Assembly (NCBI GenBank): GCA_023818895.1
Contig: JAMWCX010000002.1
Location: 330,001-362,000, forward strand
Direction of reading: 5' to 3'
DNA length: 32,000 nucleotides
Source of the DNA: Candidatus Omnitrophota bacterium
GTDB taxonomy: Bacteria > Omnitrophota > Gorgyraeia > 2-01-FULL-45-10
The position numbers were made by a program, and so were the translations under genes. The notes under the pieces were generated by a model. That model was not told the origin of the DNA. It searched no databases and was given only the letters and a program-made list of their open reading frames with translations. Below are positions 15,613 through 25,639 of the stretch, piece by piece. The number at the start of each line of letters is the position of its first letter. Position 1 is the first letter of the stretch.

Positions 15613-16533
15613 CTACTCTATGATAACAACCTCTGTGCCCTGAGGCACGATATCGAATATCTCCTCAATGTCTTCGTTCTTAAGCCTTACGCATCCTTCT
15701 GTGGCAAACTTTCCTATCGAATCTGGATCTATCGTTCCATGTATGCCGTAACTTGGCTTGGATAGACCCAGCCAACGCGAACCAAGCTCATTTTTAGGGT
15801 CGCCCGCTGGTATCATCTTGCCGTTAAGTTTATACCAAGGGGGATTCATTATCTTATTAGTTATCTTGAAAGTCCCAACGGGTGTGGGCGATCCTTCTTT
15901 GCCGGTAGCAACACGATACGTCTTGAATGCATTCCCATCCGCCTTGAGCGTCAGTATATTTTGGGACCTATCAATAACTATGCTGAACTTAAGCTTCGTT
16001 AATTTAAGTTTCTGACCTATCCGTATATCAGACCCCTTCAGCCCGTTCGATTTTTTGATCAATTCCACAGTGGTCCCGAATTTATTTGCTATCTTAACAA
16101 GATTATCGCCTTTCTTCACCTGGTACAAAAAAGAATCATCCGTCATTGTAGGGGAAAAAAGGATCTTGACATTTAGATTCTCAATGGCCTGCTGTATCTT
16201 AGGGATATTGGCCGATGCCGGGAATTTCTCCATGGCTTTTCTGTAAAATTCCCTCGCTTTAAGAAAATCATTTCTTGATGAGTAAATCGAGGCTAGTGTT
16301 AAGTAGGCCTCCTCAGCCTTCGGGGAATCCTCCCCCGCCGCTATCACAGATTCGGCCTTCTTTATAGCCGCGTCCTGCTGGAAAATAGTTTCGACTTTCC
16401 TGATAGATATGGCCTTGTTAGCAGTGATGTCCTTTTCTGCGGTCTTAAAAGAGGTGATAACTTTATACGATAAAAAAGCGGCGGCAACGGCCACGACGGC
16501 AACCATCATAGCTATAATGATCTTCTTGTTCAA
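15613..16533 (-). CDS. Membrane-anchored LysM + YkuD (L,D-transpeptidase) domain protein
   Basis: LysM block YQVKKGDNLVKIANKFGTTVELIKKSNGL. YkuD catalytic block YGIHGT....GKFATEGCVRL. TTG start is supported by a strong GGAGGAAGGAG RBS 6 nt upstream. Confidence 0.85.
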   Translation of the reverse strand: MNKKIIIAMMVAVVAVAAAFLSYKVITSFKTAEKDITANKAISIRKVETIFQQDAAIKKAESVIAAGEDSPKAEEAYLTLASIYSSRNDFLKAREFYRKAMEKFPASANIPKIQQAIENLNVKILFSPTMTDDSFLYQVKKGDNLVKIANKFGTTVELIKKSNGLKGSDIRIGQKLKLTKLKFSIVIDRSQNILTLKADGNAFKTYRVATGKEGSPTPVGTFKITNKIMNPPWYKLNGKMIPAGDPKNELGSRWLGLSKPSYGIHGTIDPDSIGKFATEGCVRLKNEDIEEIFDIVPQGTEVVIIE

Positions 16534-16560
16534 AATGACTCCTTCCTCCTTGGGGAAAGA

Positions 16561-17010
16561 TTACTTATAAAGAAGCAACGAAACCACAATGCCCAAAGCG
16601 GCGCCGGCGTAGACCTCGACTGGTGTATGGCCAAGGAACTCTTTTATCTTCTGCTCGTCTAGTTTCTTCTTCCAGTATATATCGTCGAGCATCTTGTTAA
16701 GAAGCGTCGCCTGCTTGCCGGACGAAAGCCTGACCGTGTATGCGTCAAACATCACGATAAGGGTAAAAACTAATGCTATCGCGAATATAGGAGAATCGAA
16801 ACCATAGTTCACCCCTATGGAAGTCGAAAGCGCTGAAGCGCCGGCAGTGTGTGAGCTGGGCATGCCGCCGGTGCTAGCAAACCACTTGAAATTGAACCGT
16901 TTCTCCCTGACCACACCAACAATGACCTTTATAATCTGTGCTGTTATCCAGGCAACGGCTGATGTCCAGAATATATAATTTTTGCTGAACTCGACAAATG
17001 GGTCTATCAT
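16561..17010 (-). CDS. Divergent PAP2 / DUF212-family membrane protein
   Basis: Motifs GGMPSSHTA and FDAYTVR in a 4-TM, 149-aa protein. Confidence 0.75.
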   Translation of the reverse strand: MIDPFVEFSKNYIFWTSAVAWITAQIIKVIVGVVREKRFNFKWFASTGGMPSSHTAGASALSTSIGVNYGFDSPIFAIALVFTLIVMFDAYTVRLSSGKQATLLNKMLDDIYWKKKLDEQKIKEFLGHTPVEVYAGAALGIVVSLLLYK

Positions 17011-17127
17011 ATTTTAGGTTTTTGAATTAGTTATCACGGTTGATATTGATTATGATGGGATAATATTATAATATATAGGTGAGATGTTTTCAACGATATT
17101 ATTACCACGATTTATAGGAGGGAGAGC

Positions 17128-17667
17128 GTGAATAAGTTAGCCTGTCTTTTCGTGTTAGGATTATTGACAATTATTTCTTGCGGTTTTTCAATCATCTGCG
17201 GCGCTGCCGAGCTTGAACAAATGTCCAACAAGCAGCCTATAAAGGTATATCTGGCTTCTTTTTCAAATGAATCTGGCGAGAAAGATCTAAAGGTCGATGA
17301 ATTGAAGCAAGAAGTGGAGAAGGCTTTCGCGAACAGAAAATCTGTCCGTTTCGAAATCGTAAAATCACCTGCCGAAAGCGATGTGCAGGTTTTCGGTATA
17401 ATAAAGAAATTCCAATATCTGACCAAAGATCCGGTCAGGCCTGCCATAAGCGTCGCCCTTATGGCGCTTGATGCCGCAATCACAGAAAATTTCGTGGAAA
17501 TGGATGTTCAATTTACGATAATAAACACGAAGACGGGCGCTTTGATATGGAAGGATAACGTGGTTAGGTTTCTAAAAAGATCGATGACGCGGGCACAGAG
17601 TATTCCTTTGATCTACGATAAAATCGCACGCGCGTTCGTGTCGAAATCGTTCGGCAAGGGAAGGTAG
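17128..17667 (+). CDS. Predicted lipoprotein of unknown function; the only plus-strand gene I accept
   Basis: GTG start with GGAGGG RBS. Signal peptide with lipobox LTIISC. Preferred over the antisense 17112..17483 ORF, which has no signal or RBS. Confidence 0.6.
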   Translation: MNKLACLFVLGLLTIISCGFSIICGAAELEQMSNKQPIKVYLASFSNESGEKDLKVDELKQEVEKAFANRKSVRFEIVKSPAESDVQVFGIIKKFQYLTKDPVRPAISVALMALDAAITENFVEMDVQFTIINTKTGALIWKDNVVRFLKRSMTRAQSIPLIYDKIARAFVSKSFGKGR

Positions 17668-18228
17668 CTATCCTCGAATGAGCGCCAGCGCCTCAGCCCT
17701 TGTCTTCTCATTTTTTCTGAAGACACCACGTACGGCGCTAGTGATGGTAAGCACTCCTGGCTTATTCACACCCCTCATACTCATGCACAAGTGTTCCGCC
17801 TCTATTACTACCAAAACCCCCTTCGGCTTGAGCTTTCTCATAATAACTTCTGCTATGTCTGTGGTAAGGCGCTCCTGGACCTGAAGCCTCTTTGAAAAAG
17901 CGTCAACCACCCGCGCGATCTTGGAAAGGCCGGTAACACGGTCATTGCTAGGTATGTAGGCGACGTGTGCCTTCCCTATGAACGGCAGAAGATGATGCTC
18001 ACATATTGAATAGAGGGGTATGCCTTTTAGAAGGACTATTTCATCGTGCTCCTTCTCAAATACGACTTCAAGCTGCTTTTCGGGATTTACCTTCTTGCCG
18101 CTCAGTATTTCCTCATACATATCAGCAACGCGCTTCGGCGTATCCTTTATGTCAGGTCTTTTGATGTCCTCGCCAACGGCAATCAATATCTCTCTTACGG
18201 CTTTCTCTATGCGCTTTTTATCCATCAT
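17668..18228 (-). CDS. folE: GTP cyclohydrolase I
   Basis: FolE core [20 protein letters not shown] and [12 protein letters not shown]. Confidence 0.93.
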   Translation of the reverse strand: MMDKKRIEKAVREILIAVGEDIKRPDIKDTPKRVADMYEEILSGKKVNPEKQLEVVFEKEHDEIVLLKGIPLYSICEHHLLPFIGKAHVAYIPSNDRVTGLSKIARVVDAFSKRLQVQERLTTDIAEVIMRKLKPKGVLVVIEAEHLCMSMRGVNKPGVLTITSAVRGVFRKNEKTRAEALALIRG

Positions 18229-18233
18229 ATCTC

Positions 18234-19658
18234 CTATTTACCTATACAGAACTTCTCGAATATCCTATCTAGGATATCATCGGCAACCGATTTGCCTGTA
18301 ATAAGACCCAGATTAAATATCGCCTCCTTAAGGTCTATGGCGACCAACTCCGGGGAGACCTCCTCATCAATGGCCTTTTTCACAGATAGCATATTGGCGA
18401 GGGCCTTGTCAAGCGACTCCTTATGCCGCGCGTTTGAGACAAGCGCGGATTCCCCTTGAGAAAAGCCGTTCTTCCATACCAGTTCGGAGATAGTCTTCTC
18501 AAGAGCTTCGATATTATTCTTTGAGGAGACAGATAGCTCTACCACCTTTTCGCCTTCGAAAAGCCTCCTTACCTTCTTTATGTCTATCTTTCTTGCCAAA
18601 TCGCACTTATTTATGACAACTACTTTCCGCTTATTCTTCACAAGATCTACTATGGAAAGGTCGGCTTTGTCCAGTTCGGTCGAATTGTCCAAAACAAGGA
18701 TAACCATATCGGCGAGGGCAAGATACCTTTTGGATCTGGCGATTCCTTCACGCTCCAAAGAATCTTTCGTCTCCACAATGCCGGCAGTATCAACAAGTCT
18801 TATCGGGATGCCTTTGAGGTTTATCATCTCCTCCACAGCATCTCTGGTTGTGCCAGGAATAGGCGAGACTATCACGCGATCCCTCTTAAGAAGAAGATTC
18901 ATCAGGCTTGATTTACCCACATTAGTCTTGCCGCATATTATGGCAAGGATTCCTTCTCTAAGAATGGCGCCGTGATCGTAGGTGCTTATAAGCGAACGTA
19001 GTTTTTTTATAACATCTGCGGTGGATGCGGCCAGTGTTGCGCGCTGGGCAGTTTCCAATTCTTCCTCAGGAAAATCTATAGAGGCCTCTACGTGTGAGGC
19101 GATATCGATAACCTTGTCGCGTATGGCGTCGACGGTCCGTGAAAGGTCTCCTTCAAGCTGGCTGATCGCGAGCTTGAGCGACCCTTCGGTTTTGGCCCTG
19201 ATTACATCGAGAACGGCTTCTGCCTGAGCCAGGTCTATGCGGCCGTTAAGGAAGGCTCTTTTAGTGAATTCTCCAGGTTCGGCAATCCTGGCGCCGTTTT
19301 TCACCGCAAGCTCTAAGACTTTCTTTACAGCCTGCAGCCCACCGTGGCAGTTTATCTCGACAACATCCTCTTTGGTATAACTCCTCGGGGCGCGCATTAC
19401 GGTCAATATCACCTCGTCGATAATCTTTACCGGAAGCCGGCGGGCGGATTTCGGAAGCTTGCTGGAAATTTCCGCGACATGGCCGTAATGAACCGTGTAG
19501 GTCTTATAGGAGGAAGGCTTTCCGCCATCTTTCGAGACGAATATCCTGTCGGCTATTTGGAGACTCTTAGGCCCGCTCAGGCGCACTATTCCTATCCCGC
19601 CCTCACCGACCGGTGTCGACATAGCAACAATGGTATCGTCTAAGCCTACCTTACGCAT
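18234..19658 (-). CDS. mnmE: tRNA modification GTPase MnmE
   Basis: N-terminal [22 protein letters not shown]-domain [14 protein letters not shown] and DTAG, C-terminal FCIGK. Confidence 0.93.
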   Translation of the reverse strand: MRKVGLDDTIVAMSTPVGEGGIGIVRLSGPKSLQIADRIFVSKDGGKPSSYKTYTVHYGHVAEISSKLPKSARRLPVKIIDEVILTVMRAPRSYTKEDVVEINCHGGLQAVKKVLELAVKNGARIAEPGEFTKRAFLNGRIDLAQAEAVLDVIRAKTEGSLKLAISQLEGDLSRTVDAIRDKVIDIASHVEASIDFPEEELETAQRATLAASTADVIKKLRSLISTYDHGAILREGILAIICGKTNVGKSSLMNLLLKRDRVIVSPIPGTTRDAVEEMINLKGIPIRLVDTAGIVETKDSLEREGIARSKRYLALADMVILVLDNSTELDKADLSIVDLVKNKRKVVVINKCDLARKIDIKKVRRLFEGEKVVELSVSSKNNIEALEKTISELVWKNGFSQGESALVSNARHKESLDKALANMLSVKKAIDEEVSPELVAIDLKEAIFNLGLITGKSVADDILDRIFEKFCIGK

Positions 19659-20968
19659 CCGGCATCACCCATTAAGGCTTCCCTTGCCTCTCCGACGACA
19701 AATAAGGAGCCTGTAACAAGAATGAGATCGTCGCATCCGGCTCTTGAATAGGCCTCTTTAATGGCATCTTTAACTCTGGCGGTCAGCGTGACGTCACGTG
19801 ATGAAGGTTCTATCAAGTCCTTTATCTTTGACGGCTCTAAAGCGCGGCCCACGATTTTAGATTTTGTAAGAATAACTTCGTCCGCTATACCAAGCAGCTC
19901 GCTCAGTATACCCTTTACATCTTTATCTTTTGAAACACCGAGAACCAAAAGCATCTTTCTATATTTGAATATGTTCTTTACGGCTGACGCAAGAGCGCGC
20001 GCGCTTGCCCTGTTCTGGGCACCGTCTACGATCACAAGCGGCGAGCGGCCTACTATCTCCATCCTGCCTGGCCAGCATGTGGACTCGATACCCCTCCTTA
20101 CAGCATCGGCGCTTATAGTGATCCCGCGCAGCCTCAAGGCCTCAATAACCCCTATCGCAACCGCGGCATTCACTACCTGATGGGATCCTATCAGAGGAGA
20201 TATCAGTCTATCATAATCACCCGAGAGTCCCTCGATACTGAAAATCTCGTAATCATTTTTGGACTCAATGCTTTTTGCCCTTATATCCCTTCCGACAAGG
20301 ATAAGTTTGGAGTTTTTTTCGCGGCATATACGTTCGATTACACCAAGAGCCTCGTCCTCCTGAGGAGCGCTGACGCACGGACACCCCTCTTTTATTATTC
20401 CGGCCTTCTCGGCGGCTATGGCGGCAAGCGTCGAACCAAGGATATGCGTATGTTCATAGCTTATCGGAGTTATGGCGCATACCAGCGGCTCTATAATATT
20501 CGTGGCGTCGAGCCTTCCGCCGAGGCCGACCTCGTAAACAGCAAAGTCTACCCTCTTCTCACTGAAATAGAGATAAGCGATGGCTGTGCAGGCTTCGAAA
20601 AAGGTGATCTTATCATCCAGTTTTCGTGAGGCCAATTTCACCTTTTCCGCCAGCCGACCGATATCGTTTTCGCTTATGAGAGACCCGCCTACGCGTATCC
20701 TTTCTCGAAACGACGAAAGATGAGGCGAGGTGTAGAGCCCTGTATTAAACGAGGCGTTTTGCAGGATAGAATGGATCATGGCAGAGGTCGATCCTTTGCC
20801 CTTTGTCCCCGCCACATGTATCGAGTTTATTGAACGATGCGGATCCCCGAGGAGTGCGCAGAGGCGCGCCATCCTCTTTATCTTGAATGAGGTATTGTAG
20901 TTGTAATCGTTCTGCTTCTCGTAATTTATGAGGGAATTAAGATAACTTACTGCCTCAGAATAGGTCAT
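19646..20968 (-). CDS. folC: Folylpolyglutamate synthase / dihydrofolate synthase
   Basis: P-loop HVAGTKGKGST with a Mur-ligase-like body. The track start at 20971 is a TTG. The ATG one codon later at 20968 overlaps the purH stop (TGATG). Confidence 0.9.
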   Translation of the reverse strand: MTYSEAVSYLNSLINYEKQNDYNYNTSFKIKRMARLCALLGDPHRSINSIHVAGTKGKGSTSAMIHSILQNASFNTGLYTSPHLSSFRERIRVGGSLISENDIGRLAEKVKLASRKLDDKITFFEACTAIAYLYFSEKRVDFAVYEVGLGGRLDATNIIEPLVCAITPISYEHTHILGSTLAAIAAEKAGIIKEGCPCVSAPQEDEALGVIERICREKNSKLILVGRDIRAKSIESKNDYEIFSIEGLSGDYDRLISPLIGSHQVVNAAVAIGVIEALRLRGITISADAVRRGIESTCWPGRMEIVGRSPLVIVDGAQNRASARALASAVKNIFKYRKMLLVLGVSKDKDVKGILSELLGIADEVILTKSKIVGRALEPSKIKDLIEPSSRDVTLTARVKDAIKEAYSRAGCDDLILVTGSLFVVGEAREALMGDAGCVR

Positions 20969-22551
20969 CAATGCTTAAAATGCCGGACACCCGTGAAGAC
21001 CATCGCTATGCCCAGCTCATCGGCTTTCTGTATGACTTTCTCATCCGATATGGAACCGCCGGGCTGTATGATAGCCTTAACTCCCGCCGCGGCCGCCTGT
21101 TCAATGCCGTCCTCTTTGGGGAAAAACGCGTCGCTTGCAAGCGTCGAACCTTTAGAACGGTCTCCGGCCTTTTTGGCGGCGATCATCACTGATACCACTC
21201 TTGACATCTGGCCAGCTCCCACGCCCACCGTCTTTGTACCCTGGCAGAGGACTATGGCGTTGGACTTTACGTGCTTCACCACAACCCACCCGAATAGAAG
21301 GGACGCTATCTGCTCTTTGGTGGGCTTAAGCTTTGTCACCACTTTAAGATCGGACTCTGTGATAGTCTTAAGATCCCTGTCCTGCACTAGAATACCTCCG
21401 ACAACTTTCTTGAGATCCAAGCCGGTCGTTGAAGATTTTGCCCCGAAATTCCTGACCTCAAGGAGGCGCAGGTTCTTCTTCGTCTTCAACGCCTCAAGCG
21501 CCTTCGGTTCATAGGATGGTGCGATGATACATTCCACAAAATCCGCCTCTGCCAGTATGGTGTTCGCGACATCAAGGTCCACAGGTCTGTTAAAACCTAC
21601 GATGCCACCGAAGGCACTCAGCCTGTCGCAATCGAGGGCATCGATATACGCCTGCCTCAGCGTAGCGGCCGTAGCTGTGCCACAGGGATTGGTGTGTTTT
21701 ATAATAGTCGCCGCTGGTTCGCTATATTCTTTCACTATCTCGAGAGCCGCGTCCAGGTCTATTATGTTGTTAAAAGAGAGCTCTTTACCATGCAACTGGA
21801 CGGCGCTTGAAATACTTGGTTCATCTACGGCCTCGTCCTTGTAGAAAGCCGCTTTCTGGTGTGGATTCTCGCCATACCTAAGATCTTGAAGCTTCCTATA
21901 GCTCATGTTGAGCACCGCCGGGAATTCCTCAGTCGAGGCGTCTGGCTGGCGGCTATCCGCTTTAACATGAGTTTTTAAATAACGGTATATCGCCGCGTCA
22001 TACGTCGATGTCCTTTCAAAGACCTTTATGCCAAGTTCAACAAGAAGGCTTTCTGATATGCCTCCCGAATTCTTATCGAGATCATCTATGACACGCTTAT
22101 AATCTAAAGGGTCACAAACGACACAAACCGAGCGGTGATTTTTGGCGGCGCTCCTGAGCATCGATGGGCCGCCTATATCTATATTCTCGATAGCCTCTTC
22201 CAGCTTAACACCGGGTTTTGCGACGGTCTTTTCGAACGGATAAAGATTCACCACGACCATGTCTATCAGGCCTATATCGTGCTTTGCCACGGTTTCCATA
22301 TGTTCCTTATTATCCCTCAGCGCAAGCAACCCGCCATGGATCTTGGGATGCAGCGTCTTGACTCTTCCGTCAAGCATCTCGGGAAAACCGGTATGGCTCG
22401 ATACATCCTTTACAGGGATACCTAAAGCCGCTATAGCCTTAGCCGTACCGCCGGTCGACAGTATCTCGACGCCGAATCTGTTCAGCGCTTTTACCAGGTC
22501 TTCCAGGCCCGTCTTGTCCGACACGCTTATCAGAGCTCTTTTTACTTTCAT
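20968..22551 (-). CDS. purH: Bifunctional AICAR transformylase / IMP cyclohydrolase
   Basis: MKVKRALISVSDKTGL..., LHPKIHGG, and C-terminal ASDAFFP...GGSIRD-like block (GGSISDE). I prefer the ATG at 22551 (GGTGGAG RBS) over the track start at 22587. Confidence 0.92.
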   Translation of the reverse strand: MKVKRALISVSDKTGLEDLVKALNRFGVEILSTGGTAKAIAALGIPVKDVSSHTGFPEMLDGRVKTLHPKIHGGLLALRDNKEHMETVAKHDIGLIDMVVVNLYPFEKTVAKPGVKLEEAIENIDIGGPSMLRSAAKNHRSVCVVCDPLDYKRVIDDLDKNSGGISESLLVELGIKVFERTSTYDAAIYRYLKTHVKADSRQPDASTEEFPAVLNMSYRKLQDLRYGENPHQKAAFYKDEAVDEPSISSAVQLHGKELSFNNIIDLDAALEIVKEYSEPAATIIKHTNPCGTATAATLRQAYIDALDCDRLSAFGGIVGFNRPVDLDVANTILAEADFVECIIAPSYEPKALEALKTKKNLRLLEVRNFGAKSSTTGLDLKKVVGGILVQDRDLKTITESDLKVVTKLKPTKEQIASLLFGWVVVKHVKSNAIVLCQGTKTVGVGAGQMSRVVSVMIAAKKAGDRSKGSTLASDAFFPKEDGIEQAAAAGVKAIIQPGGSISDEKVIQKADELGIAMVFTGVRHFKH

Positions 22552-22628
22552 TACTCCACCTTTCTTCGCTTCGTATTCGACTTTCATAGTCTTACTCTTT
22601 TTCTTTTTTTAATTTCACTCTTTACTAA

Positions 22629-23381
22629 TTACTGCCTCTTCGCCTTTCCCTGGTTCGCCACCGCCTCCATCGCCTTCTTGACCTCTTCCGGATCACCGAG
22701 GTAATAACTTTTAAGCGGTTTGAGATCATCATCAAGCTCGTAAACAAGCGGCAGGCCTGTCGGTATGTTAAGCGACACTATTTTCTCATCCGATATATTG
22801 TCCAGATACTTCACGAGCGCTCTTAAACTATTTCCGTGCGCCGCCACGAGCACTCTTTTGCCGGATTTTACAACGGGCGCTATCGTCTGGTGCCAGTACG
22901 GCAGGAATCTCGCCACCGTATCCTTCAGGCACTCCGTTAAAGGCAGGTCCTTCTCCGCAAGATCTTTATACCTGGGGTCGTTACCGGGATACATCTTATC
23001 TGTCTTCTTTAAGGGAGGCGGAGGAACATCATAACTTCTCCTCCATATAAGAACTTGCTCCTCGCCGAACTTCGCGGCCATTTCGGATTTATTCAGCCCC
23101 TGCAAACTCCCGTAATGACGCTCGTTAAGCCTCCAAGAATTATAAACGGGGATCCACATCAGGTCCATCTTGTCGAGGGTTATCCAAAGGGTCCTTATAG
23201 CCCTCTTGAGAACCGATGTGAAGGCTACATCAAAGATATATCCTTCTTTCTTCAGGGTCTCACCGGCCTTGTTGGCCTCCTCGATTCCCTTCTCCGAAAG
23301 ATCGACATCTATCCAGCCGGTAAAACGGTTCTCCTTGTTCCAGATACTTTCGCCGTGTCTCAATAACACCAATTTCTTCAT
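22629..23381 (-). CDS. gpmA: 2,3-bisphosphoglycerate-dependent phosphoglycerate mutase
   Basis: [42 protein letters not shown]. Confidence 0.93.
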   Translation of the reverse strand: MKKLVLLRHGESIWNKENRFTGWIDVDLSEKGIEEANKAGETLKKEGYIFDVAFTSVLKRAIRTLWITLDKMDLMWIPVYNSWRLNERHYGSLQGLNKSEMAAKFGEEQVLIWRRSYDVPPPPLKKTDKMYPGNDPRYKDLAEKDLPLTECLKDTVARFLPYWHQTIAPVVKSGKRVLVAAHGNSLRALVKYLDNISDEKIVSLNIPTGLPLVYELDDDLKPLKSYYLGDPEEVKKAMEAVANQGKAKRQ

Positions 23382-23653
23382 AAGCCTCTCCTATATTTCC
23401 AATTATTAGAGAAATTATTTTACCACAAAAACTAATCCGGCACAATCGTCACTAAAATATAATATAGGCCGCTGACCCTTCTAAGAGGTAAGCAAAATTT
23501 TACGGCTCAATCCCGTGGCAGGATGACCTCTTACATTACCACTATACAGCCTCTTAACGACACAAAAGCGAAGATAGGCATGTTCTGACGGAGCGATGAG
23601 CAAAGGCGTCGCCAGAAAGTAAACGCCCTGATACCAGCAAAAATTTATTTAAC

Positions 23654-24781
23654 TCACAGTAGCGCGCTCGAAACGGTGTCGCAGAAGAGGAATCCTTTGT
23701 GTCTTAACGCGATGCCGGTGGGGACGTTACCTTCTTTCTTATATTTGATAAGGCCCTTCGCAAGAAGAGCCGAGATGGCCTTCTTCTCCAAATGTGGAAA
23801 ATCATATCCTGTAGCACTTTTAAACCAGCCGAAATCAATGCCTTCCTTTGTCCTTATCTTCAATGCCGCCGTTTCCTTGGCTCGCTTTAAGGGCGAGAGT
23901 TTTTCACTGAATTCCTCAAGAGGCCTTCCCTCCGTATAACGCTTTATGAAATCGTGCACGCTCGAGATGTTCTCTGACCTCACCCCTTCTTCGTAAGACA
24001 CTGCCGACGCCCCCAGCCCCAGATAGGGCAAGTTATCCCAATAGGTCAGATTGTGCCTACACTCGAATCCCTCTTTCGCAAAATTAGATATCTCATACTG
24101 CTTAAAACCTCTAAGCGAAAGCCTTTCTATAGCATATTCGTACATAGCGGCCACCGTCTCGTCCTCGAGCGGCTCCACGCTCTTATTCTGAAGCGCGAAA
24201 AAGAGTGGCGTGTTCTTTTCATAGGTAAGCGAATAGCAAGATAAATGCTTAAGCGGAAGGCTCAACGCTTCATCCAGCTCTTTTTGCCACGAATTAAGGG
24301 TCTCGCTCCACAGCCCGAATATCAGGTCGGCGCTGATATTTTTAAAACCGCGCCGCAAGGCGAGAATCACGGAATCGGCGGCCTTAGCGGCGTCATGTAT
24401 TCTGCCAAGCTTTTTTAGCTTTCTTTCGTCAAGCGACTGAATACCGATACTCAGGCGATTCACACCGCAATCCAGAAGTGTCTTAAGCTTTTCTTCATCG
24501 ATGCTTTCAGGGTTTGCCTCGACTGTAAACTCCGTCTCGTTATCGCATTTTAGTCTGGCCGCTTTCAATAATCGCTCCAGCAAGCGCCTATTAAGAGAGG
24601 TCGGCGTGCCCCCTCCGATATATACGGTAGAGAATTTTTTTTCGATAGACCCAAGCTGACTTACAATGATATCTACATAAGAAACGGCAAGGTTATCGTC
24701 ATAGACGATACTGTAAAAATCGCAGTAGAGGCATTTACGCCGACAGAAAGGGATGTGTATATATAAGGATTTTGCGTGCAT
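23654..24781 (-). CDS. hemW: Radical SAM HemN-family protein (heme chaperone HemW type)
   Basis: LYIHIPFCRRKCLYCDF radical-SAM cluster motif, with a HemN-like body and C-terminal domain. Confidence 0.85.
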   Translation of the reverse strand: MHAKSLYIHIPFCRRKCLYCDFYSIVYDDNLAVSYVDIIVSQLGSIEKKFSTVYIGGGTPTSLNRRLLERLLKAARLKCDNETEFTVEANPESIDEEKLKTLLDCGVNRLSIGIQSLDERKLKKLGRIHDAAKAADSVILALRRGFKNISADLIFGLWSETLNSWQKELDEALSLPLKHLSCYSLTYEKNTPLFFALQNKSVEPLEDETVAAMYEYAIERLSLRGFKQYEISNFAKEGFECRHNLTYWDNLPYLGLGASAVSYEEGVRSENISSVHDFIKRYTEGRPLEEFSEKLSPLKRAKETAALKIRTKEGIDFGWFKSATGYDFPHLEKKAISALLAKGLIKYKKEGNVPTGIALRHKGFLFCDTVSSALL

Positions 24782-24795
24782 GGAAATATTATAAT

Positions 24796-24827
24796 AAAAA
24801 GGAGGCGCTCTTAAAAGCGCCTCCTTT
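24796..24827 (-). terminator. Intrinsic terminator after the TM-helix-repeat gene
   Basis: Minus strand: GGAGGCGC-ttttaaga-GCGCCTCC followed by TTTTTATTAT. Stem at 24801-24808 / 24817-24824. Confidence 0.7.
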
Positions 24828-24847
24828 AATAGCTATCTTTTATAGCG

Positions 24848-25522
24848 TTACTTCTTCATGTTGTTGATCATTTCCTGCATGAATTTGCCGGCGATGTCTT
24901 TGCAGCCAAGACCGAAAGCAAGCGCCAAGCCTAATCCTACAGACACTAGAATGATATTGACCGCAAGTACCAACAGTGTAGTGGCTATCTGGAGCTGCTC
25001 AATAGCCACGACAACGGCAAATATCACTATTAGGGTCTGTGTGAGCTGGGCAAGCATCTTTGCGTTCTTCAGACCGGCATTTGAAGCGGCGGTCCGCACT
25101 ATTGCGGCCACAAAGTTCGCCAGGAACGACCCGAGAATAAGAATAAATATCGCTGCCAGTATGTTAGGCACGTAGCCGACGAGCTTTGAAACGAGCTCTG
25201 AGGCTATTTTGAGGTTCAGCGCGTCAAGTGTCGTGGCTATCACAACAAGGATAATAAGCCAGTAAACTATCGCGCCGATTAGCTCTGAGAGTGTAAGCTT
25301 GATATCTCCTTGAGCCAACACGTTGGTAATACCCGCCTTGTCACTTGCCGCATCGAGGCGCAAAGCCTTCAATACCCTTACCACTATAGCCTCGACAAGC
25401 TTAGCGACCAGCCAACCCACCACCAGGATGACTATCGCGCCTGCTATGGCCGGAACATAACTCCAAATCTTGATGGCCATGGCCTTTACAGGCTCTATTA
25501 CGACAACGTTCATATTCTCCAT
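24848..25522 (-). CDS. Membrane protein with repeated 'conserved TM helix' motifs (MscS-N-terminal-like)
   Basis: 224 aa, about 5-6 TM segments. Repeated pattern (I/V)..I..Y.P.I..A..IL.(V/L)G...A..V. A possible TTGCCA-N16-TACAAT promoter lies upstream in 25523-25639. Confidence 0.65.
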   Translation of the reverse strand: MENMNVVVIEPVKAMAIKIWSYVPAIAGAIVILVVGWLVAKLVEAIVVRVLKALRLDAASDKAGITNVLAQGDIKLTLSELIGAIVYWLIILVVIATTLDALNLKIASELVSKLVGYVPNILAAIFILILGSFLANFVAAIVRTAASNAGLKNAKMLAQLTQTLIVIFAVVVAIEQLQIATTLLVLAVNIILVSVGLGLALAFGLGCKDIAGKFMQEMINNMKK

Positions 25523-25639
25523 ACAACACCTCCCTTTTTCCCGGCCCCATGTTTATTATAATTTATATATATATCAGGACCGAGTATTATCATTATTGTA
25601 TCATAAAAATGGTATTTGGCAAGGGATAAATTAAAAATT

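Noticed and set aside
15036-15623. Plus-strand 195-aa ORF 15036..15623
   Set aside because: It is antisense to an unmistakable accA and has no motifs of its own.
17112-17483. Minus-strand 123-aa ORF overlapping the plus-strand lipoprotein gene
   Set aside because: It has no RBS or signal and a biased composition. The plus-strand ORF has a GGAGGG RBS, a signal peptide and a lipobox, so I kept that one.
23260-23445. Minus-strand 61-aa ORF overlapping the gpmA start
   Set aside because: It is out of frame with a full-length gpmA that has its own AGGAGAGG RBS, so it is probably spurious.
23446-23653. Checked for tRNA, SRP RNA or other small RNA genes (GGCAGGATGACC resembles part of SRP helix 8; CGG-GATTGAG-CCG resembles a T-arm)
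   Set aside because: The partner SRP motif (GGAAGCAGC with a GNRA loop) is absent. The 7-nt loop does not match the T-loop TTCRANY, and no acceptor or anticodon arms can be drawn.
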